A stretch of 38,983 nucleotides of DNA from an uncultured Bacilli bacterium (GTDB lineage: Bacteria > Bacillota_I > Bacilli_A > RF39 > UBA660). The position numbers were made by a program, and so were the translations under genes. Below, in pieces: positions 27,131 through 38,273 of this stretch. The stretch is taken from NCBI GenBank assembly GCA_944351375.1, contig CALVPN010000002.1:1-38983 (forward strand). The letters are read 5' to 3'. Below the pieces are notes generated by a model. It was not told where the DNA came from. It was given only the letters and a program-made list of their open reading frames with translations, and did not search any database. How positions within the stretch are numbered: the first letter of the stretch is position 1; every line of letters starts with the position of its first letter.

Positions 27131-28318
27131 TTATTTAGATAAAATATTTTTTAAATTTTCTTTTTCTAAAAAACTAGTTTCTGTCAAGTTATTACCAAAA
27201 ATAGAATCATAACGAAATAGTGCAAAACCACTATAATTAGATAATTCTCTACTTAACATTACTTCTCTTGCAATGATATTATTATACTCTACCCATTCAT
27301 TAGCCCCTTCTTTAGCATAATTATCTATATTACCAGTTTTATAGAAAGCAAGAGCAGGTATTAATTCTATATTGTTAGTAATTAAATTATTCCAAGACTT
27401 AACAGTATCTTCAAAAGGTTTTGTACTATTTAAAAAACCATAATATACTTGAGGCATTATATAATCAAGGTATCCTTCTTCTGTGCAAAACTTTCTTGTA
27501 TCTACATAATTACTATTATAGTTATTATTGATATTACCATCAGGAGAGATGCCAAACAGAATAGATTTATCATAAGACTTTATAAGTTTATATGTTTTTC
27601 TAATCAAAGAACTAATAGTATTTAATCTATATTCTTGTAATGTTAAACTATTATTATCTTTATAAGCCTTTTCATAATCAGTACTATCTATATCATTACT
27701 CTTAGGATAAAAATAATCATCAAAGTGAATACCATCAACATCATAATTTTTAATTATTTCTTCTATTCCATCAAGAATTAAAGATTCTACTTCACTACTA
27801 GCAGGATTATAGTAAATACCTATATTATCTATTACTTTAACTGAAGATGTATTTAATAGTTTATAAGCAGGATTCTCTTTACTTATTATACTAGTATCAG
27901 TATCATTACTAATTCTATAAGGATTTATCCAAGCATGTAGTTCTAAATCTTTTTGATGAGCTTTTTTAATAAAGTATTTTAATATATCAAAAGGGAGTTC
28001 ATCTCCTTCATTATTTACAACGCTTCTACTACTAGGAAATATAGATGAAGGATAAATAGCATCACTAAAACTTCTTACTTGTAATATCACCATATTAAAA
28101 TCAAAGTTTTTAACATTGTCTAACATATCATTAATAGACTTTTTAATAGTTTCTTCATCTTTACCCCTTAAATAATTACCTAATTCTATATAAGAAATAA
28201 AAACTGCTCTTTTCTCTTCCCTTTCTTCCTTTTTAGTATCGGTAGTAGCACTTGGTACTAATAAATAAATTATAAACAATAAAAAAATGATAAGTAGTAA
28301 ATAGTATTCTTTTTTCAT
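27131..28318 (-). CDS. glycoside-hydrolase-like family 10 (GHL10/DUF187, YngK-type) secreted protein
   Basis: Signal-like N-terminus. Motifs VILQVRSFSDAIYPS, HAWINPYR and DGIHFDDYFYP are typical of this family. Confidence 0.6.
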   Translation of the reverse strand: MKKEYYLLLIIFLLFIIYLLVPSATTDTKKEEREEKRAVFISYIELGNYLRGKDEETIKKSINDMLDNVKNFDFNMVILQVRSFSDAIYPSSIFPSSRSVVNNEGDELPFDILKYFIKKAHQKDLELHAWINPYRISNDTDTSIISKENPAYKLLNTSSVKVIDNIGIYYNPASSEVESLILDGIEEIIKNYDVDGIHFDDYFYPKSNDIDSTDYEKAYKDNNSLTLQEYRLNTISSLIRKTYKLIKSYDKSILFGISPDGNINNNYNSNYVDTRKFCTEEGYLDYIMPQVYYGFLNSTKPFEDTVKSWNNLITNNIELIPALAFYKTGNIDNYAKEGANEWVEYNNIIAREVMLSRELSNYSGFALFRYDSIFGNNLTETSFLEKENLKNILSK

Positions 28319-28358
28319 ACTCTTATCATATTATTAAAAATATAAATATATTGTCTAA

Positions 28359-29006
28359 TTAAGAGATACAATCACTATTTTTTATAATAAATAATTGATT
28401 ATCTTTATAAAAAGCATAGAAAACATCATCTAACTTAACTTTTTTAGTTTCTAATAATTCATAAAGCCATTTTTCTTTTCTTCTAATTCTCTTTAATGTC
28501 ATTTCCTGAATTTTACCATCAAGGATTAATGGTAATGGATATGGTCCACTATTATTAGCATCTTTAGTAAAAACAGATAACTTACCACTTGTCTCAAGAA
28601 TAGCATATTCTACTTCTTCAATACTCTTAACTTCTTTAGCACGTAACTGAGTAAGTAAATCTTCCAAATTATATCGTTGTTTAATCATTTCTTTAAAGTT
28701 TACTTTACCATTATCAATAATAACAGAAGCATTACCATCTAACATACTTCTAATTTTATCACTTTTAAGTGATACTTTTGCAAGTACTATTTGTAAAATA
28801 ACTAAAACTCCTATAGGCAAAAGTACTAAAAAGACACTAGTATCATATTTTTCAATACTAATCGCTGCTAGTTCTGCTATTAATATTGAAACAATTAAAT
28901 CAATTATACCGAGTTCTCCTACCTCCCTTTTACCCATAAAACGGTAAAAGAGAACAATAGCAAAGTAAAAGAAAAGAGTTTTTAAAAGTATTAGTAAATA
29001 ATCCAT
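28359..29006 (-). CDS. DUF421 (YetF-like) membrane protein
   Basis: FYRFMGKREVGELGIIDLIVSILIAELAA plus a C-terminal soluble domain. Confidence 0.7.
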   Translation of the reverse strand: MDYLLILLKTLFFYFAIVLFYRFMGKREVGELGIIDLIVSILIAELAAISIEKYDTSVFLVLLPIGVLVILQIVLAKVSLKSDKIRSMLDGNASVIIDNGKVNFKEMIKQRYNLEDLLTQLRAKEVKSIEEVEYAILETSGKLSVFTKDANNSGPYPLPLILDGKIQEMTLKRIRRKEKWLYELLETKKVKLDDVFYAFYKDNQLFIIKNSDCIS

Positions 29007-29047
29007 ATTATCACAGACCTTCCTACTAATAACATTTCCAAAACTCT

Positions 29048-29698
29048 TTATTTTATACTAATTATTCCTTTATTCTTTAAAATTTGTAATATTTCCGAAT
29101 GTATTTCCCGAATAGTTTTTTCTTTATTATCACACACACAATCTATTACATCCCAATTATATAACTCTGCTAGTTCTTTATAGGCAAGTAAAACTTTTTC
29201 TGATCTTTTATCATTAAGAAAATTAAACGATATTTGGTTATTATACTTATATGGCATATTAAGAAGAATAGTATAATCTGGTTTAGGTAGTTTTAAAAGC
29301 CAATATTCCAGTTTATCAATCCATTGATACATATAAAACCTATCTTCACTATCATCATATTTACTTCCTTGAATAGCCATATTAGAACTAGTATAACGGT
29401 TAATAACAACAATATAATCTTCTTTTAAATATTTTTCAATTTTTTTAATATTATATTTACGGTCAGCTGCTGTATAAAGACAAACAAGTTCAGGTTCAAG
29501 TCCATCATACCCCTCAGGAAAAGAACTGTTATTATTTAAAATACAATCTTTAAAGATTTTACCTGTTGGAGTTTCATACATAGGAAAAGAAAATTCAATA
29601 GATTTTATTCCTAATTTATTTAAGGCATCTACTAACAGATTACTTTGAGTCTCTTTACCAGATCCTTCTATTCCTTCTATAACAATAATCTTACCCAT
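29048..29698 (-). CDS. thymidylate-kinase-family nucleotide kinase (divergent)
   Basis: P-loop IVIEGIEGSGKETQ and NRYTSSNMAIQG, which corresponds to the DRY..S..AYQG region of dTMP kinases. Confidence 0.6.
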   Translation of the reverse strand: MGKIIVIEGIEGSGKETQSNLLVDALNKLGIKSIEFSFPMYETPTGKIFKDCILNNNSSFPEGYDGLEPELVCLYTAADRKYNIKKIEKYLKEDYIVVINRYTSSNMAIQGSKYDDSEDRFYMYQWIDKLEYWLLKLPKPDYTILLNMPYKYNNQISFNFLNDKRSEKVLLAYKELAELYNWDVIDCVCDNKEKTIREIHSEILQILKNKGIISIK

Positions 29699-29710
29699 AG
29701 CTTACCTCTC

Positions 29711-30292
29711 CTATATTTCTATATTATTATGTTCATCAAAAGGCAGTATTAAACATTTACGACTTGCTAAATAGTCACACATATGGACAAAGTTCTGATA
29801 TTTAGTATGAGGTTTTTCTAAAACTTCATTACCACTATAATCTACTGTATAATCTCCCATATGAGTCTTAATAGCATCACTTATAAAAGTAGCATCCTCT
29901 TTTGATAATCCTACCTCACTAGCATTATCAAGAATGATTTTAGCAGCGATTAGTGGATGATCAAAACGAGTATATCTTTCCTCTACAAGCCCTTTTTTAA
30001 AACCATCATGTAAAAGTAATGCCATTAACATTAAATCTTTTTCATGATTAGTATATTTTTTACTAATAGATAAATCTTGTAATAGTTCATACCCTATTCT
30101 AACAGCAGCCTTTGTATGACGAAGAAGTCCTCCTTCACCCTGAGCATACTTAGGATGATATTTACCAGTTGATGCTGCAGGCTCTTTAAAGAAATAATCT
30201 GGTAATAATTCTATTAACTTGCCAAGACTCTTTCTTAAAGATTCATCTTTTATATAATTTATTTCATCATAAAATATCTCTTTTTTATTCAT
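29711..30292 (-). CDS. HD-domain phosphohydrolase
   Basis: Motifs YHP...LLRHTKA...LLHDGFK. Confidence 0.7.
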   Translation of the reverse strand: MNKKEIFYDEINYIKDESLRKSLGKLIELLPDYFFKEPAASTGKYHPKYAQGEGGLLRHTKAAVRIGYELLQDLSISKKYTNHEKDLMLMALLLHDGFKKGLVEERYTRFDHPLIAAKIILDNASEVGLSKEDATFISDAIKTHMGDYTVDYSGNEVLEKPHTKYQNFVHMCDYLASRKCLILPFDEHNNIEI

Positions 30293-30359
30293 ATAATACC
30301 TCTTTCAAAAACATTATATCCCATAAACATTTGTTTGTAAATGTTTTTAGGAAATATAA

Positions 30360-31463
30360 TTACAACTCTTCTATTAACTTCATTAATACTTCGTCTAAAA
30401 CATAAAAATATTCTTCATTTACTTTTAAATAATTATTATCTTCTTCTAAAATTTTATTTATAACTAATTTTCTATAATTAATTAAATCTTCTATATTTAT
30501 ATTATACTTATCTTTAAATATTTTTTTATTTATACCTTTATTTGTCCTAAGTCCTAACATAATTTCATAAAACATTTCATCTTTTTTAGTTAATCCTTCT
30601 TTTTCATTAGTTGTTTTACCTTCTATATATTTAGTAATACTTCTAGTATTAGTATATCTTATATTATTAAGATATCCACTTGCACCTACTCCAAAACCAT
30701 AGTAATGTTTATTTTCCCAATATTTTAAATTATGTTTAGACTGATAACCAGCTTTTGCAAAATTAGATATTTCATAATGAATATAATTGTTATCTTTTAA
30801 AACTTTAGAAATTAAATCATACATTTTTCTATCTAATGTTTTATCTATATTATTAACATGATCTATTTTTAATTTAGTATTATTTTCTATAATTAAAGAA
30901 TAAGTAGAAATATGTGGAACTTCTAATGATAAAAGAAAGTTTAAGTCTTCTTTTAATTCATCTATAGTCTCTTCCTTAATAGCATATATTAAATCTACAT
31001 TTATATTAGTAATACCTATATTTTTTAAGTTTTTTATACAAGTGATAACAGTATCTTTATCAGTTTTTCTATCGATTACAGTCTGTAATTTATTATTAAT
31101 CGTTTCAACTCCAAGACTTACTCTATTAACACCATATTCTTTTAATAATCTAATTTTATCTATAGTAAGGCTATCAGGATTAGCTTCAAAAGTAAATTCA
31201 CAGTCTTTACTTAAATTAAATATTTTTAAAATATTAAAGAGTTTTTCAAGTTTCTCTAAACTTAAACTACTTGGAGTTCCTCCTCCGATATATAAGGAAG
31301 TAATAATTTCTCCTTTATAATTTGTTTTTATTTCTTTTTCTAAAGCCTCCAAATATTTATTAATATATTTTTTATTATAATAAACTTTACAAAAATCACA
31401 ATAAGCACAAATATAATTACAAAATGGTATATGAATATATACTGCATCAGTTTCAAATTGCAT
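30360..31463 (-). CDS. hemW: radical SAM heme chaperone HemW (oxygen-independent coproporphyrinogen oxidase-like)
   Basis: IHIPFCNYICAYCDFC radical SAM cluster motif. The start is placed at MQFETDAVY (31463) so that it does not overlap the upstream gene. Confidence 0.85.
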   Translation of the reverse strand: MQFETDAVYIHIPFCNYICAYCDFCKVYYNKKYINKYLEALEKEIKTNYKGEIITSLYIGGGTPSSLSLEKLEKLFNILKIFNLSKDCEFTFEANPDSLTIDKIRLLKEYGVNRVSLGVETINNKLQTVIDRKTDKDTVITCIKNLKNIGITNINVDLIYAIKEETIDELKEDLNFLLSLEVPHISTYSLIIENNTKLKIDHVNNIDKTLDRKMYDLISKVLKDNNYIHYEISNFAKAGYQSKHNLKYWENKHYYGFGVGASGYLNNIRYTNTRSITKYIEGKTTNEKEGLTKKDEMFYEIMLGLRTNKGINKKIFKDKYNINIEDLINYRKLVINKILEEDNNYLKVNEEYFYVLDEVLMKLIEEL

Positions 31464-31488
31464 AAATATCACTACTTTCAATTTGTAT

Positions 31489-32352
31489 TTAGTTTTTATC
31501 AGTTGATATTGTTTCGAGCAAATGATTAATTTCTTCAAGACTTAAACCAGTAGATTTCATTATATCTTCTTTAGAAATATTAAGGTTAAGAAGCTTTTTT
31601 GCAATATTTATTTTCTCTTCACTCTTACCTTTTTCAACTCCTTTTTCAATTCCTTCTTCTAGGCCTTCTACTCTAGCAGTATTTATTAATTTATTTCTTA
31701 CTACCTCTTCTTCATATAAAGCATTGAATTCGTCATTTTCTTTTAATTTTTCTAATTCATCCACAATTATACTTGCCTCCTCATCTTCACCTGCTATTTC
31801 TCTTAACTCTTCGTAAGACTCTGCTGTAAATAAAGATATTAACATAGCATCTTTGTTACTTCCATTATATCTTATTCCCTTAAATTTGTGAAGATAAACT
31901 TCATAATCTTTTATTCCTTCTATTACACTACCATATTCTATATCTCTAAAATCATATGTTAAAGTAAAGGCCCTTCTATTAATTGAACATAATGAATTAT
32001 TAAAGTTTATTTGTAGCACTTCTTTTTTCTTATATACTTCTCCTTCTTTAAAATTACTTCCCGCAAGTCTAAATAAATATGAATGATTCTTTATTAGTGT
32101 ACTATCTCTTGGATCTTTATTCATTTCTATAGATATTACATTATCACCTTTTCTTAATAAGATATCTAATCTATAATCTTTTATCTTATTACCACTATTA
32201 AGTTCATTATCATATAAGGTATATCCTTCTATGTCAATACCAGTTGCATACATTATTACTCGCCTAAAAAACTTTTGAAATCTTTCATCTTTAAACATAT
32301 ATTTAAAGACAGAATCATTTAATAGTCCTATAAATTGTTTATTTTCTATCAT
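31489..32352 (-). CDS. Rpn-family recombination-promoting nuclease / PD-(D/E)XK putative transposase, copy 2
   Basis: Paralog of 19074..19919. Shares YRLD(L/I)LL, ISIEMN and FTA(T/E)SYEELREIAG(D/E)D..A..IVDELEKL, with long near-identical DNA stretches. The track start is TTG at 32385; ATG at 32352 is preferred. Confidence 0.75.
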   Translation of the reverse strand: MIENKQFIGLLNDSVFKYMFKDERFQKFFRRVIMYATGIDIEGYTLYDNELNSGNKIKDYRLDILLRKGDNVISIEMNKDPRDSTLIKNHSYLFRLAGSNFKEGEVYKKKEVLQINFNNSLCSINRRAFTLTYDFRDIEYGSVIEGIKDYEVYLHKFKGIRYNGSNKDAMLISLFTAESYEELREIAGEDEEASIIVDELEKLKENDEFNALYEEEVVRNKLINTARVEGLEEGIEKGVEKGKSEEKINIAKKLLNLNISKEDIMKSTGLSLEEINHLLETISTDKN

Positions 32353-32462
32353 ATATTTTCTCACTTTCTTATAAAATTTTTTCAATACTTTGCAAAGTAA
32401 TTTAAATCTATCATATTAAAAAGTATAGGACAAATTAATGTTTTTTAAATTTCATGAAAAAA

Positions 32463-32481
32463 AGAGCCTAATAATCGCTCT
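32463..32481 (-). terminator. probable terminator of tgt
   Basis: Minus strand AGAGC (9-nt loop) GCTCT followed by a run of about eight T. The stem is short. Confidence 0.4.
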
Positions 32482-32558
32482 CATTCTACATTATTTTTAA
32501 AAATTGGTTTCTAGATTAAATATCAAATTTTAATCTTCAAACTTTTTTAAAATTTTTA

Positions 32559-34124
<1,566 letters not shown>

Positions 34125-34141
<17 letters not shown>

Positions 34142-34805
34142 CTCCTTTTAATAAGTCAGGCCTTTTTTCTTCTGTTAATTTAATTTGCTTTTCTCTTCGC
34201 CATTTATTTATCTTTTCATGATCTCCATTAACCAAAACATCTGGAACACTTAATCCTTCATAAGTTCTAGGTTTTGTATAGGTTGGATAATCTAAAAGAT
34301 TATTAGTAAATGATTCATTTTCATAACTTTCTTTTCTTATAACACCATCTATTAGTCTTGTAATAGAATCAATTAAGACCATACAAGGTATTTCTCCCCC
34401 TGTTAAGATATAATCTCCTATAGATAGTTCTATATCTACTATAGTTTTAATTCTCTCATCAAATCCTTCATAATGACCACAGATAATAATTAAATGCTTT
34501 TCTCTTGATAAATTAAAAGCGAGTTTTTGACTATATAAACTACCACTAGGAGTTAACAACATTACTTTAGAATTCTCACTTCTTAAAGCCTTAACTGCAT
34601 CAAATATTGGTTGGCACATTAAAACCATACCTGCCCCTCCCCCATAAGGAGTATCATCTACTTTCTTATGAGGATCTTTGCTATAATCTCTAATATTATG
34701 AACATTAATTTCTACTAGATCATTATCAAGTGCTCTTTTAATAATAGATTCATCAAATATACTATTAAACATATCAGGAAATAAGGTTAATACATCTATT
34801 TTCAT
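34125..34805 (-). CDS. trmD: tRNA (guanine37-N1)-methyltransferase
   Basis: MKIDVLTLFPDMF...DDTPYGGGAGMVL...IICGHYEGFDERI. Confidence 0.95.
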
Positions 34806-34814
34806 AATTTCCTC

Positions 34815-35294
34815 CTATAGAAGTTTAACTATAACTTCTTTTTTATTACTATCTATTTTTACAAAATCTTTATGATATGGAACTAATACTTGCATTTCAT
34901 CTATTAATAGTCTTATTATTTTATAATTATTACCAGTCTCTTCAATATCAAGAATCTTACCTTCTATATTATCAGTAGTTTTAACTTTATAAGTTATAAG
35001 TTCACTATCTAAAATATCTTCATTATTAAGATTAATCTCATTCTTAGATTTATATACTTTCTTACCCTTCAAGAATAATACTTCATTTATATTATTTAGC
35101 CCTAGGAAAGTAACCATATCATAGTCTTTATGAACTCTATAACTAGTTATCTTATAATTTTTATCATCTATAATTAAATTACTTCCTATTTTAAATATCT
35201 CATTTCTTTGTTTAGTAGTTAAGTTATCTTTAATCCTAAGTTCACCTTTAATACCATGAGTATTAACTATTTTACCAATATATAATCTATTCAT
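34815..35294 (-). CDS. rimM: 16S rRNA processing protein RimM
   Basis: IGKIVNTHGIKGELRI N-terminal motif. The start is ambiguous (35294 or 35312). Confidence 0.85.
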   Translation of the reverse strand: MNRLYIGKIVNTHGIKGELRIKDNLTTKQRNEIFKIGSNLIIDDKNYKITSYRVHKDYDMVTFLGLNNINEVLFLKGKKVYKSKNEINLNNEDILDSELITYKVKTTDNIEGKILDIEETGNNYKIIRLLIDEMQVLVPYHKDFVKIDSNKKEVIVKLL

Positions 35295-36027
35295 CACATT
35301 TATCCATTTCATAAAGAATTATAGAAGTAGCGACTGCAACATTAAGGCTTTCTACTACATCGTTCATTGGTATATAGATGAATTTATCACTTTGTTCTAA
35401 ATACTTAGGATTAACACCATTACCTTCATTTCCCATTATAAGGGCAAAGGTTTCTTTTTCTTCTTGAGATAAGTTCTTAACTTCTTCCCCATACTTAACA
35501 TTAGTTGCAAATACAGGTATTTTTAATTTTTTTAAAATAGGAATTAATTTATCTATTGAATAAATTACTATAGGTACATGAAATAGCATTCCTTGAGTCG
35601 CTCTAACTACTTTAGGAGAAAAAACATCTACCGTATTATCTCCTATTACAATAGTATCTATATTAAAAGCAACTGCACTTCTAATAATAGTTCCCATATT
35701 ACCAGGATCTTGTATTTCATCTAATATTAAGATTCTCTTACCTATTGTTGTATCGATTATTTTATCACATAGTCCTATCATTTTAGGAGGAGATGCTAAA
35801 GCACTTATCTTCTTTAAAATATCTCTAGTTACTTCAACTTGTTCTATATCTATAGGTAGTACTTCTCCTTCTTCTAATAGTACTTCTTTCAAAATACCTG
35901 CTTTATAGGCTTCTAATACTAAATGTTCTCCTTCTACAATAAACTCATTATTTAAATCACGATATTTTTTCTTCTGTAATTTATAATAATACTTAACTTT
36001 CTCATTATCTAAACTAGTTATAACCAT
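35287..36027 (-). CDS. TrmH/SpoU-family RNA 2'-O-methyltransferase (RlmB-like)
   Basis: DEIQDPGNMGTIIRSA and LIMGNEGNGV motifs. Start at MVITSLD (36027), which follows a GAGGAG SD. Confidence 0.85.
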   Translation of the reverse strand: MVITSLDNEKVKYYYKLQKKKYRDLNNEFIVEGEHLVLEAYKAGILKEVLLEEGEVLPIDIEQVEVTRDILKKISALASPPKMIGLCDKIIDTTIGKRILILDEIQDPGNMGTIIRSAVAFNIDTIVIGDNTVDVFSPKVVRATQGMLFHVPIVIYSIDKLIPILKKLKIPVFATNVKYGEEVKNLSQEEKETFALIMGNEGNGVNPKYLEQSDKFIYIPMNDVVESLNVAVATSIILYEMDKCDE

Positions 36028-36028
36028 A

Positions 36029-36679
36029 CTACTCCTCTTCTCCATATTTATTAGTTAATTTTCTCCACTTCTTATAATCAGGACAGTTCTCTTCGACAAT
36101 AGCCCAAAACTTCTTGGAATGATTCGCTTCAATCAAGTGACTTAACTCATGATAAATAACATAATCAAGACAACCTATATCTTTAGTAATTAATTCTGTA
36201 TTAAGTGTTATAACATGAGTTTTAACATTACATACTCCCCATCTAGTAGTCATCTTTCTAAGTCTAAGTTTAGGATGAGGAATACTTCTTGTAAAGTTAT
36301 TATAACACATTTCTAGATGTTCACTAAAAATACGTAGAGCCTCTTTTTTCTTCCATTTCTCTAAATCAAAATCTTTACTAATAAAAACTTTATTTTCACC
36401 TAATTTAAAGTCACAAAACTCTGTATATATAATATCATATTTTTTACCTAAATAGTAAAATTCACTATTAAATTTTATTTTTTCTTTTACTTTCTTTAGC
36501 ATTTTTCTAATAGAATCATAATTTTCTTCTACTACACTCATTACTTTTTTATTAGAAGTTAGTGTATTACAAGTAACATAAATAGTTAAATCATCTTTAA
36601 CTCTAATATAAATATTTTTAGTAGTACTTTTTTTTACTATTTCTAAATTATAAGTTTCATTATCTATAGTCAAAGTCAT
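36029..36679 (-). CDS. YgjP-like (DUF45/SprT-like) metal-dependent hydrolase
   Basis: RWGVCN...ITLN..L and the HELSHL zinc motif. Confidence 0.8.
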   Translation of the reverse strand: MTLTIDNETYNLEIVKKSTTKNIYIRVKDDLTIYVTCNTLTSNKKVMSVVEENYDSIRKMLKKVKEKIKFNSEFYYLGKKYDIIYTEFCDFKLGENKVFISKDFDLEKWKKKEALRIFSEHLEMCYNNFTRSIPHPKLRLRKMTTRWGVCNVKTHVITLNTELITKDIGCLDYVIYHELSHLIEANHSKKFWAIVEENCPDYKKWRKLTNKYGEEE

Positions 36680-36692
36680 AAAATCATCCCTC

Positions 36693-36721
36693 TTGATAAA
36701 ATTAATTATTTATGATAATAT
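36693..36721 (+). promoter_or_regulatory. near-consensus extended -10 promoter on the plus strand, firing antisense into the small-ORF element
   Basis: TTGATA (36693..36698), 17-nt spacer, TGaTAATAT (TG at 36713..36714, -10 at 36716..36721). Confidence 0.45.
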
Positions 36722-36749
36722 GAATATGTAAAGAGAATTTACATATTAT

Positions 36750-36987
36750 AAAAAAGAGGAATACCTAGTCATGCTTTTGGGTATTTTACCTCAAAAGTGT
36801 TTGTGGTAAAATACCCTAGTTACAAAGTTGTAATAGGGTATTTTACTATCTATAGATGATTAAAAGAATAATAGTTATTATCAATGATAAAATTAAAAAA
36901 TCTTTCTTACTCATAAGCAGTTCCCCTTTCTGACCACCTAAAATAAGTTGGTTGAAAGAGGTAAAACACCCATTACTAAGTATTCCT
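36750..36987 (-). other. fold-back element: about 238 nt bounded by imperfect ~30-nt inverted repeats and ending in a U-tract; contains the 22-aa ORF (type I toxin-like mRNA, or a MITE-like element)
   Basis: The 5' arm AGGAATACTTAGTAATGGGTGTTTTACCTC (36987 down to 36958) pairs with the 3' arm GAGGTAAAATACCCAAAAGCATGACTAGGTATTCCT (36792 down to 36757), which is followed by CTTTTTT. There are four copies of the 11-12-nt core GGGT(A/G)TTTTACC or its complement, at 36779, 36805, 36836 and 36960. Confidence 0.6.
36846..36914 (-). CDS. 22-aa hydrophobic peptide MSKKDFLILSLIITIILLIIYR (candidate type I toxin or small membrane protein; not in the ORF track)
   Basis: An AAAGGGGAA SD lies 8 nt upstream of the ATG at 36914. 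Charged N-terminus followed by a single predicted TM helix. An upstream CCTCTTTC can pair with the SD. Confidence 0.45.
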   Translation of the reverse strand: MSKKDFLILSLIITIILLIIYR

Positions 36988-36993
36988 AAGTAA

Positions 36994-37022
36994 ATAATAA
37001 CATAAATGTATCTTCAACACAA
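36994..37022 (-). promoter_or_regulatory. possible promoter for the small-ORF transcript
   Basis: Minus strand TTGTGT, 17-nt spacer, TATTAT. The predicted start near 36987 coincides with the first base of the 5' inverted-repeat arm. AT-rich context, so it could be fortuitous. Confidence 0.3.
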
Positions 37023-37038
37023 GCGAACAAGATACATT
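37005..37038. terminator. bidirectional terminator after the 410-aa gene
   Basis: AATGTATCTT (14-nt loop) AAGATACATT is a perfect 10-bp stem. The plus strand continues TTTTTTATTT. The minus strand continues TATGTTATTATTT. Confidence 0.65.
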
Positions 37039-37040
37039 TT

Positions 37041-38273
37041 TTATTTAATAATTTTCCGTTTTGAATATGTTTTCATTTTATCTATTTGTTTTTTATAAGG
37101 TGTGATATTAATAGATACTGTCGTACCTTTTTCTACTAATTTATTAATTAAATCTGCAGTATAATATAAATCGCTTACATCTTTACTAAAATTAACAAAG
37201 TTATCTTTACCAAAAACTTTATATAAAGGAGATACTTTATTATATAAAGAACAATAGTTAAATAAGTCTTCATAGTCTTGTAATAAATAATCTATTAAAG
37301 GTACAAAATGAGTATATAAACATTCTGTTTTATTACTATTTTCTTCAGTATCAAAAATAGATATACCGTTTTTTTTCATTTTATTATGTAACCTCATCGT
37401 TTTTGATTCTGTTTTTAATTCATTTATAACATTATTATCTCTTTTATAACTTCCTATACCACTATTTCCTTTTTTAGATTCAATAGCATGAATACTCTCA
37501 TGTACTAAAACATGATCAATACTTATATCATCTTTTATTTTTAATATTGGAAGATAAACAATAATATAACTTTTTTTATTTCTTTCAATTGACCAAGTTG
37601 TAGCGGCATTATTATCATCAAATAAAATCTTTCTACTATAGTTTAAAGACTCATAGTAATAGTTAGTATCTAAAATATTAGAAATATGATTAGTCATTTC
37701 TTTACCAAAATTAGTTAATTTTAAAAGTTGTATTTGTTTAGACCTCCCTAATAAAGAAGTATAAGCATCTAATTCTTTACTAATATCTATAAAAGCTAGG
37801 GGCAAATCTTCTTCCATACACCTTCTAATAAAATCACTTTGTTTTTCTATTATTAATGATTTTAAACTTTCATTAAGAGAATATCTTAAAATATTCATAG
37901 AATTTTCACTAAATACTTGGTAATTTAAAGACAATATTTCATTTAAATGTTTACTTAAATAATCATCTGATAGTGATAATTTTTCTTTTAAATAGTTATA
38001 TATTTTTTTCTTAATTTTCTTATCTAAATAGTCTTCTACTTGCCTATAATTTATATAATCTTGATAATATTTTTCTAATGATTTATATTTTTTAGGATCA
38101 TAACCTAGTTCTTTTAAAGAATAATAAGTAATGTCTGGTGTTGATTTAAAAATATAGTTAGTTTTAGATAATCTATTTCTAATTAATTCTTCATATCTAT
38201 AACCATATTCTTCAATAAGCATTTCTTCTATATAATTATAGCTTTCTTTAAATATATTTTCTAACTCTTTCAT
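37041..38273 (-). CDS. hypothetical protein with an HExxH motif (putative zinc metallopeptidase-like), translationally coupled to obg
   Basis: 410-aa ORF containing VLVHESIHAIE. Its ATG overlaps the obg stop (TAATG). No signal peptide. Confidence 0.65.
   Translation of the reverse strand: MKELENIFKESYNYIEEMLIEEYGYRYEELIRNRLSKTNYIFKSTPDITYYSLKELGYDPKKYKSLEKYYQDYINYRQVEDYLDKKIKKKIYNYLKEKLSLSDDYLSKHLNEILSLNYQVFSENSMNILRYSLNESLKSLIIEKQSDFIRRCMEEDLPLAFIDISKELDAYTSLLGRSKQIQLLKLTNFGKEMTNHISNILDTNYYYESLNYSRKILFDDNNAATTWSIERNKKSYIIVYLPILKIKDDISIDHVLVHESIHAIESKKGNSGIGSYKRDNNVINELKTESKTMRLHNKMKKNGISIFDTEENSNKTECLYTHFVPLIDYLLQDYEDLFNYCSLYNKVSPLYKVFGKDNFVNFSKDVSDLYYTADLINKLVEKGTTVSINITPYKKQIDKMKTYSKRKIIK

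Noticed and set aside
19920-31488. Composite transposon or genomic island bounded by the two Rpn-like genes
   Set aside because: The interior consists of core housekeeping and sporulation genes (dnaI, lon, hemW) in the same orientation as their surroundings. I see no terminal inverted repeats or target duplications.
32437-32499. Plus-strand 20-aa ORF MFFKFHEKKSLIIALILHYF in the tgt/Rpn intergenic region
   Set aside because: It has only a weak SD and overlaps the tgt terminator hairpin. There is no flanking structure comparable to the element at 36750..36987.
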